A DNA stretch of 29,617 nt from an uncultured Acetobacteraceae bacterium (lineage in GTDB: Bacteria; Pseudomonadota; Alphaproteobacteria; Acetobacterales; Acetobacteraceae). The stretch covers positions 1-29,617 of the forward strand of contig CAXSFF010000001.1 of NCBI GenBank assembly GCA_964236035.1, given 5' to 3'. A program made the translations under genes and the position numbers. Of the stretch, positions 25,043 to 29,617 are shown piece after piece; the stretch's first letter is position 1; the number at the start of each line of letters is the position of its first letter. Below the pieces are notes generated by a model that saw only the letters and a list, made by a program, of their open reading frames with translations, was not told the origin of the DNA and did not search any database.

Positions 25043-25585
25043 ATGCGGCTGCGGGTATCGATCCGGCTTACCGTCTTCTTCCTGCTGGTCGGGCTGCCGT
25101 GCCTTCTGCTGGCGCACGCGACCTGGTTCGATCCGCGCGACGATTACACCGACCAGGGCGTCAGCGGACCCTACACCGCGATCGAGGACGGGCTGACCAC
25201 CACCGGCCACGCACGATACCTCGTCGGCGAGAAGCTGGCCTTCGTGCTGCCCGGCCAGCGCTTCACCTGGCTGTCCACGTTGTGCCTGCGCGAAGACGCC
25301 TCGATGCTGGTGCAGCCGACGCTGGTGCGGCTGCGCGACAGCGCTGCCTTCCCCGAACGGCAGTCGCTGTGGACGCCGTTCGACCACCGCTGCGGGCCGC
25401 TGACCGGCTCGGCGCTGGCACCCCAGCTGGTGCGCGAGGACGGCGACGTGGCTGCCTTCCAGGTTGAGCGCCGCGCCCGCGTGCGTCCCACGAGCTGGGT
25501 GCCTCTCGATGCGCCACTGCGCCCGCTGCCCTTCCTGGTCCGGCGCCCGCCCTCGCCTGCGGCGCCGCACCCGGGAACAGAGTAG
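25043..25585 (+). CDS. Membrane-anchored protein with extracytoplasmic beta domain (lysis region, function unknown)
   Basis: Likely start is the ATG at 25043. A basic N-terminus precedes one TM segment (LTVFFLLVGLPCLLLAHA), then a domain with two further Cys (TLCLRED, HRCGPL). Confidence 0.7.
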   Translation: MRLRVSIRLTVFFLLVGLPCLLLAHATWFDPRDDYTDQGVSGPYTAIEDGLTTTGHARYLVGEKLAFVLPGQRFTWLSTLCLREDASMLVQPTLVRLRDSAAFPERQSLWTPFDHRCGPLTGSALAPQLVREDGDVAAFQVERRARVRPTSWVPLDAPLRPLPFLVRRPPSPAAPHPGTE

Positions 25586-25611
25586 CCCGCGCAACCAAGC
25601 GGGTGCGCGGG
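25586..25611. other. GC-rich intergenic hairpin upstream of the RyR gene
   Basis: CCCGCGCA (25586-25593) pairs with TGCGCGGG (25604-25611). There is no U-tract. Confidence 0.55.
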
Positions 25612-25638
25612 TGGCGGCGACACAGGAGCCGCCGACCG

Positions 25639-25983
25639 ATGGACGCCCAGCATATCGCCCGCATCTGCCATGAGGCCGATCGCGCCCACGCCGCTTCGCA
25701 CGGCGACCTGATGACCAAGGCCTGGCCGGGCCTGGAGGCCTACCAGCGCGAGAACCTGGTCCGCGGGGTCAAGGTCGCGACGGCGACGCCGCGCGCAATC
25801 GCCTCCGACCTGCACACGAGCTGGCTGCGCGACAAGCGCGAAGCCGGCTGGCAATTCGGCCCGAAGCTCGACCTCGGCCAGCAGTGCGATCCGATGATGA
25901 TCCCCTGGGAGCAGCTGTCTTACCGGGCGCAAGCCCGCGAGCGCCTGTTCCTGGCGATCATCCGCAGCCTTTCCCCCCAGTAG
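25639..25983 (+). CDS. Stand-alone RyR-repeat (ryanodine receptor repeat) domain protein
   Basis: CAGGAG SD before the ATG at 25639. Motifs IARICHEADRA, LHTSWLRDKREAGWQFGPKLD and DPMMIPWEQLSYRAQARERLF match the RyR-repeat pattern H..W...K...GW.(Y/F)G...D....(H)P.(L/M).P(Y/W)..L. Confidence 0.85.
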   Translation: MDAQHIARICHEADRAHAASHGDLMTKAWPGLEAYQRENLVRGVKVATATPRAIASDLHTSWLRDKREAGWQFGPKLDLGQQCDPMMIPWEQLSYRAQARERLFLAIIRSLSPQ

Positions 25984-25991
25984 GAGCCGTC

Positions 25992-26651
25992 ATGTCCAAT
26001 TTGTCCGTGGCCCACGCTGCCTTGTCGATGGTGCTGAACGGCTTCGGCCCGCTGCCGGATTTCCTGATGCTGGTGCTGAAGGGGACGTTCGAGGCCGTGC
26101 ATCCGGCGCTCGACCTGCTGGTCCCCAGCGTCGTCGCGGTGCTGGCGCACCGCTGGATCAAGAACCAGACGCTGGCCGACGAGGTTTCCCAAGCCAGCGG
26201 CATTGCCTACAACCACTTGGGTGCGACCCTGGCCGGCAACGGCGCGCCATCCTTCGCGGTGGCCAAGGCGTTGGCGATCCAGGTGGCGCAGGATGCCCTC
26301 ACGGCCGGCGCCGCCACCCAAATGGCCAAGCTGTCGCCCGAGCTGGTCGCGGACAAGATCGATGGTGCGCTCGGCCGCCTGCTGGCGGTCGATCCGAACT
26401 TCAGCCTGGCCAAGGGCGTGCTGTCGCCGACGCCGGAGCCGGTGGTGGTGCGGACTACGATGCTGGCGGTCGATCCGAACCTCAGCCTGACAAATGGCGT
26501 GCTGTCGGCGACGCCGGAGCCGGGGGTTGTGGCGCGGGCCGGGATGTTTGATGCCACCGCCATGCTGCAGGCGGTGATGTCCAGGGCGGGTAGCCCGGAC
26601 GCCGCCGCCGCCTCGATCGTCTCCGCCCCCACAATCCAGCAGGGGAGCTGA
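25992..26651 (+). CDS. Holin-like membrane protein with C-terminal 27-aa tandem duplication
   Basis: AGGAG SD; ATG at 25992. The hydrophobic segment ALDLLVPSVVAVLAHRWIK is followed by helical AKALA...DKIDGALG, resembling LL-H-type holins. It sits immediately upstream of the endolysin. Confidence 0.6.
   Translation: MSNLSVAHAALSMVLNGFGPLPDFLMLVLKGTFEAVHPALDLLVPSVVAVLAHRWIKNQTLADEVSQASGIAYNHLGATLAGNGAPSFAVAKALAIQVAQDALTAGAATQMAKLSPELVADKIDGALGRLLAVDPNFSLAKGVLSPTPEPVVVRTTMLAVDPNLSLTNGVLSATPEPGVVARAGMFDATAMLQAVMSRAGSPDAAAASIVSAPTIQQGS
26379..26540 (+). repeat. Two 81-bp in-frame tandem copies
   Basis: Copies start at 26379 and 26460, with 64 of the first 72 nt identical: LLAVDPNFSLAKGVLSPTPEPVVV versus MLAVDPNLSLTNGVLSATPEPGVV. 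Confidence 0.9.
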
Positions 26652-26655
26652 GCCG

Positions 26656-27444
26656 ATGGACGTCCTCGCGGTTTCGGCTGAGATCACCCCGCAGGCGGCC
26701 GGCTTCATCGGCGCCGGCGTGCATATGGGGCTGGCCGACGTAGCCGCCGCCGCCAAGCGCTGGGGCTGCGGCCTTGCGGCCCTGCAGGCGGTGCTGGACG
26801 TGGAAAGCTCCGGCAGCGGCTTCGACGCCCTCGGGCGGCCGAAGATCCTGTTCGAGCCGCACATTCTCTTTCGCGAGCTGGCGCGCGACCCGGAAAAGCA
26901 GCTCGCCGCCGTCCGGGCCGGGCTCGCCTATGCCAAGCAGGGGACGATGCCTTATCCGCCGACCAGCGAGGGCAACTACCAGCGGCTGAAGCGGGCCTGC
27001 CTGATCGACGCCGACGCCGCCATGCACAGCACCTCGTGGGGGGTCGCCCAGGTCATGGGCTTCAACTTTGCGATCTGCGGCTACGCATGTGTCGCCGACC
27101 TGGTCCAGGACTGCATGGACAGCGAGGAGGGCGGCTTCGAGCTGCTGCTCGACTACTGCGATCACAACGGCCTGGTGGACGCTTTGCGCAACCGCGACTG
27201 GGCGACGTTCGCCCGGGGCTACAACGGTTCAGGCGCGGTCGCGGCCTACGCGGCGAAGCTGGTGGCGGCCTACGCCCATCACGCCGGGCCGTCGCCGGCC
27301 ACGGTGCTGGCCTTCCCGGGGGTGGCGAAGCCCGTCCAGGCGGCCGCGGCAGCCTCGGTGCCGCCGGCCTTCGTGAAGTCGGCGGTGACCGCCGACAGCT
27401 TGAATGACCAGGAGTGGCTGGCGGTACGCGCGGGGACCGCTTGA
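26656..27444 (+). CDS. Endolysin, N-acetylmuramidase (DUF3380-type)
   Basis: Motifs are AVLDVESSGSGF...RPKILFEPHILF, STSWGVAQVMGFNFAICGY and WATFARGYNG...YAAKL. It has a short C-terminal extension ending TADSLNDQEW. Confidence 0.93.
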   Translation: MDVLAVSAEITPQAAGFIGAGVHMGLADVAAAAKRWGCGLAALQAVLDVESSGSGFDALGRPKILFEPHILFRELARDPEKQLAAVRAGLAYAKQGTMPYPPTSEGNYQRLKRACLIDADAAMHSTSWGVAQVMGFNFAICGYACVADLVQDCMDSEEGGFELLLDYCDHNGLVDALRNRDWATFARGYNGSGAVAAYAAKLVAAYAHHAGPSPATVLAFPGVAKPVQAAAAASVPPAFVKSAVTADSLNDQEWLAVRAGTA

Positions 27445-27445
27445 C

Positions 27446-27712
27446 GTGCCCCGCCCGGAAACCCGCGGATACTACCTGCAGCACGTCGAGGGCAGTCACA
27501 TGTCGGTCCGCGCCGGACCCGGCGTGGTTTACGTCGCGATCAAGCGCATCTTCGACACCGAGCAGGCGGTCGGGCTGGCGATCCGGCAGATGTTCTGCGA
27601 GCTGACGGTGTCGGAGGCCGTCGCCGTGCACAAGCAGCTTGGCGAGGTCATCGGCATCGCCTTGGCGTCGGCGCAGGAGCCGTCCGGATTGGATGGCGGC
27701 GCCCGCTTGTAG
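27446..27712 (+). CDS. Hypothetical protein
   Basis: The ORF fills the gap after the endolysin. The start is either GTG 27446 or ATG 27500 (GAGGG SD). No motif was recognised. Confidence 0.5.
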   Translation: MPRPETRGYYLQHVEGSHMSVRAGPGVVYVAIKRIFDTEQAVGLAIRQMFCELTVSEAVAVHKQLGEVIGIALASAQEPSGLDGGARL

Positions 27713-27723
27713 CACTGGAATAA

Positions 27724-27757
27724 GTATGCGCTTTTGATGTATCGTGTCCCCGCATAC
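27724..27757. promoter_or_regulatory. Operator-like inverted repeat upstream of the RHH gene
   Basis: GTATGCG-N20-CGCATAC with a near-central GATgtATC, in a relatively AT-rich intergenic stretch 14 nt before the ATG. Confidence 0.5.
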
Positions 27758-27771
27758 GCGAGGGAAGCACG

Positions 27772-27960
27772 ATGGACGGCGACGCCCTGGAACAAACCGG
27801 CGAGGTTCGGATTTCGTTGAAGCTGAGTCGGCAGCTGCAAGTGGCGATGAAGCGCTCCGCCCAGGCGGAGGAGCGCACGGTGGCAAGCTGGATGCGCAGG
27901 GTGCTGAGTTGTGCCACCCGCGACAGCAGCCAGGCCACGGCGGCGGGGGTGAAGTCTTGA
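27772..27960 (+). CDS. Ribbon-helix-helix (Arc/CopG-like) DNA-binding protein
   Basis: GAGGG SD. VRISLKLSRQLQVAMKRSAQAEERTVASWMRRVL shows the alternating beta-strand followed by two helices typical of the RHH fold. Confidence 0.8.
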   Translation: MDGDALEQTGEVRISLKLSRQLQVAMKRSAQAEERTVASWMRRVLSCATRDSSQATAAGVKS

Positions 27961-28319
27961 CCGACCTGCTGACCCAAGGGCTCGTTGAACCGCGTCCGCT
28001 GCCGCCGCTTGCGCGGGCGGCCCGGCAGGGCACCTGTCCGTGCTGCGGCTACAACCATGTCCGGCCTGGCATGACGCCGAAGTGGCTGTTCGAAGGCCTG
28101 AAGCCGGGCGACCTGGCGATCTGCACCGGTTGCACGATCGGGCTGCGACTGGATAGCAAGATGACGCTGCAGCTGCTGACGGTCAGCGAGGTCCGGTTCC
28201 TGGAGGCGACCAAGCCCGATGTCCTGCGCGCGATGCGGGAGCAGCAGGCCGACAAGCGCGAGATGCACCGCGAGATGGCACTGAAGCGGGCCAAGGCGGC
28301 AACTCCCGCGTCCGGCTGA
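27957..28319 (+). CDS. CxxC..CxxC zinc-binding hypothetical protein (paralogue A)
   Basis: Likely TTG start at 27957 (TTGA overlap with the RHH gene). It reads CPCCG...KPGDLAICTGC, then a helical tail. Confidence 0.7.
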   Translation: MTDLLTQGLVEPRPLPPLARAARQGTCPCCGYNHVRPGMTPKWLFEGLKPGDLAICTGCTIGLRLDSKMTLQLLTVSEVRFLEATKPDVLRAMREQQADKREMHREMALKRAKAATPASG

Positions 28320-28337
28320 TACCGGGCGGCGGCTGGC

Positions 28338-28787
28338 GTGGCGTTCACCTGCCCGACCTGCCAGTCGGTTTCCTTCAACCCCACCGACGAGCACGAAGGC
28401 TACTGTGCGCGCTGCAAGACCTGGACAGGCAATCGGCTGTTCTTGGGCGCCGACAAGGCCCAACTGGCACGGATGCGCCAGTATGTGCTGACGGCCGGCA
28501 ACGAACCGGTCCTCGCCGATGACTTCGCCGCGGAAGCGTTCCGCCGCGACGCCGCGCGCTGCCAGGTTGGGCGGAGGATCGTGCGGCGCCGAGGCGTCAA
28601 GGTGCTGATCAGCACCGTGTTCAACGGCGTCCCTGCGGGGGAAGCGAACGGGCCGCTGCTGTTCGAAACGATGGTCTTCGGCCTGCCGCAGTTCAGGGGG
28701 GCGATCCGCTACGCGAGCTGGGCCGAGGCGGAAGGCGGGCACGAGGCGGTCGTCGTTTTCATCAGGAAGCTCTTGCAGGTGTTTTGA
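28338..28787 (+). CDS. Zinc-finger hypothetical protein fused to an STVF..LFETMVFG domain
   Basis: N-terminal FTCPTCQSVSFNPTDEHEGYCARCKTW and C-terminal ISTVFNG...PLLFETMVFG...RYASWAEAEGGH are both recurrent small phage protein motifs. Confidence 0.75.
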   Translation: MAFTCPTCQSVSFNPTDEHEGYCARCKTWTGNRLFLGADKAQLARMRQYVLTAGNEPVLADDFAAEAFRRDAARCQVGRRIVRRRGVKVLISTVFNGVPAGEANGPLLFETMVFGLPQFRGAIRYASWAEAEGGHEAVVVFIRKLLQVF

Positions 28788-28813
28788 TTGCCACCCCAAC
28801 CGGAGCGGTGCCG

Positions 28814-29110
28814 ATGACATCCAAACCCGAGTTCCTCGACCTGTTGCTGCGCGACCGCCTGGGAGCGCTGACGCCGGAGGAGCAGGCCGCCAAGGAAAAG
28901 TCGCTCCGGAAGTACGAGGAATCCCGGGACCGGACCATTGCCGCGGTGGCGGAGTGGCTGTTGGGCCTGCGGCCGGAACATGGCGCCACGGTTTACACCC
29001 AGCATCCGCTGATGGCCGGAGTGCTGCGGCAGGCGCTGCGCGAGGCGTACGACAAGGGCTCGCAGGAGTTCTCGATGCAGTTGCTCAAGAGCATGACCGG
29101 GGACGGCTGA
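28814..29110 (+). CDS. Hypothetical helical protein
   Basis: GGAG SD 8 nt before the ATG at 28814; 98 aa, predicted alpha-helical by composition. Confidence 0.65.
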   Translation: MTSKPEFLDLLLRDRLGALTPEEQAAKEKSLRKYEESRDRTIAAVAEWLLGLRPEHGATVYTQHPLMAGVLRQALREAYDKGSQEFSMQLLKSMTGDG

Positions 29111-29129
29111 TGCCCGGGGAGCGGGCGGC

Positions 29130-29447
29130 GTGCGCCGTCGCGTCGTAAGCCAGAAGGTTGCCGCCACGCTGTGCCCGCTCTGCGGCGCCCTGCTCGACGG
29201 CGTGACAGGTGTTCATGCGGGCAAGCACGTGCCGCAGCGGGGCGACTTCTCGCTGTGCCTTTATTGCACCGGGATCCTGCGCTACGGCGACAAGGGGCGG
29301 CTGCATGCTGTGGCGGCGCCGGAGTTGGACCAGGTGCGGACGGAACAGCCGGAGCTGGTCGCGCTGCTAGAGCGGGGGCAGCACCAGTTGCGGCGCGAGC
29401 GCTTGATGACGGGGCCGATACAGGCTCCGCCGTTCGGCCGGGCTTAG
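29130..29447 (+). CDS. CxxC..CxxC zinc-binding hypothetical protein (paralogue B)
   Basis: GGGGAG SD; GTG start. It reads CPLCG...PQRGDFSLCLYC..L, then a helical tail. Confidence 0.75.
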   Translation: MRRRVVSQKVAATLCPLCGALLDGVTGVHAGKHVPQRGDFSLCLYCTGILRYGDKGRLHAVAAPELDQVRTEQPELVALLERGQHQLRRERLMTGPIQAPPFGRA

Positions 29448-29456
29448 GGGCGTGAC

Positions 29457-29617
29457 ATGAGTCTCGCGTTCGGGCCCGAGCAAGCGGCGGCGTTGATGGG
29501 GATACGCGAGCTGGCCGAGAAGCATCCGGTGGACGTGCAGACGCTGGAAGAGCGGCTGGACACCAAGTGGGGGCGCATCCGCCACAAGGAGCAGATGGCG
29601 CGGCAGTCGCTGCGGCT
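29457..29617 (+). CDS. Hypothetical phage protein, 3'-truncated by the window edge
   Basis: ATG at 29457, open to the end: MSLAFGPEQAAALMGIRELAEKHPVDVQTLEERLDTKWGRIRHKEQMARQSLR. Confidence 0.6.
   Translation, partial: MSLAFGPEQAAALMGIRELAEKHPVDVQTLEERLDTKWGRIRHKEQMARQSLR

Noticed and set aside
25043-25120. Lipoprotein (o-spanin) signal at LVGLPC
   Set aside because: It does not fit the [LVI][ASTVI][GAS]C lipobox (Pro at -1), and the hydrophobic stretch continues past the Cys.
26379-26540. Possible DGR template/variable repeat pair
   Set aside because: Mismatches are not adenine-specific, the copies are directly tandem and in frame, and there is no reverse transcriptase in the window.
27700-27771. 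Sigma70 promoter in the AT-rich gap before the RHH gene
   Set aside because: TTGTAG and TATCGT-like hexamers are present but not at 16-18 bp spacing. Only the inverted repeat is reported.
1-29617. tRNA, rRNA, CRISPR array, integrase/att site, IS element, intron or intein
   Set aside because: None was recognisable by eye. Intergenic gaps are too short for most of these. Prophage versus free phage cannot be decided from this window.

Overview
High-GC siphophage or prophage segment with almost all genes on the + strand. A proteobacterial host is implied by the lambda-like tail and DUF3380-type endolysin; Alphaproteobacteria is only a guess. The order is: (1) lambdoid tail module: assembly chaperone with a -1 frameshift site, 1556-aa tape measure with an internal lysozyme-like domain, gpM, an antisense small gene, gpL, gpK, and a 2973-aa gpI-gpJ fusion carrying six tandem jelly-roll/CBM-like modules; (2) two fibre-assembly chaperone-like genes; (3) a second structural cluster (17885-24481) with fibre-type proteins, a cupin, a cadherin-like/beta-helix putative depolymerase, a 54-aa ORF missing from the ORF track, and an adaptor-like protein; (4) a lysis region with two membrane proteins, a stand-alone RyR-repeat protein, a holin-like protein and an endolysin, but no recognisable spanin; (5) small accessory genes, including a ribbon-helix-helix regulator with an operator-like inverted repeat and three CxxC..CxxC proteins. 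No integrase, tRNA, rRNA, CRISPR array, transposase or reverse transcriptase was seen. All family assignments are from motif recognition by eye, not database searches. Several ORF-track starts were corrected using SD sites and stop/start overlaps.
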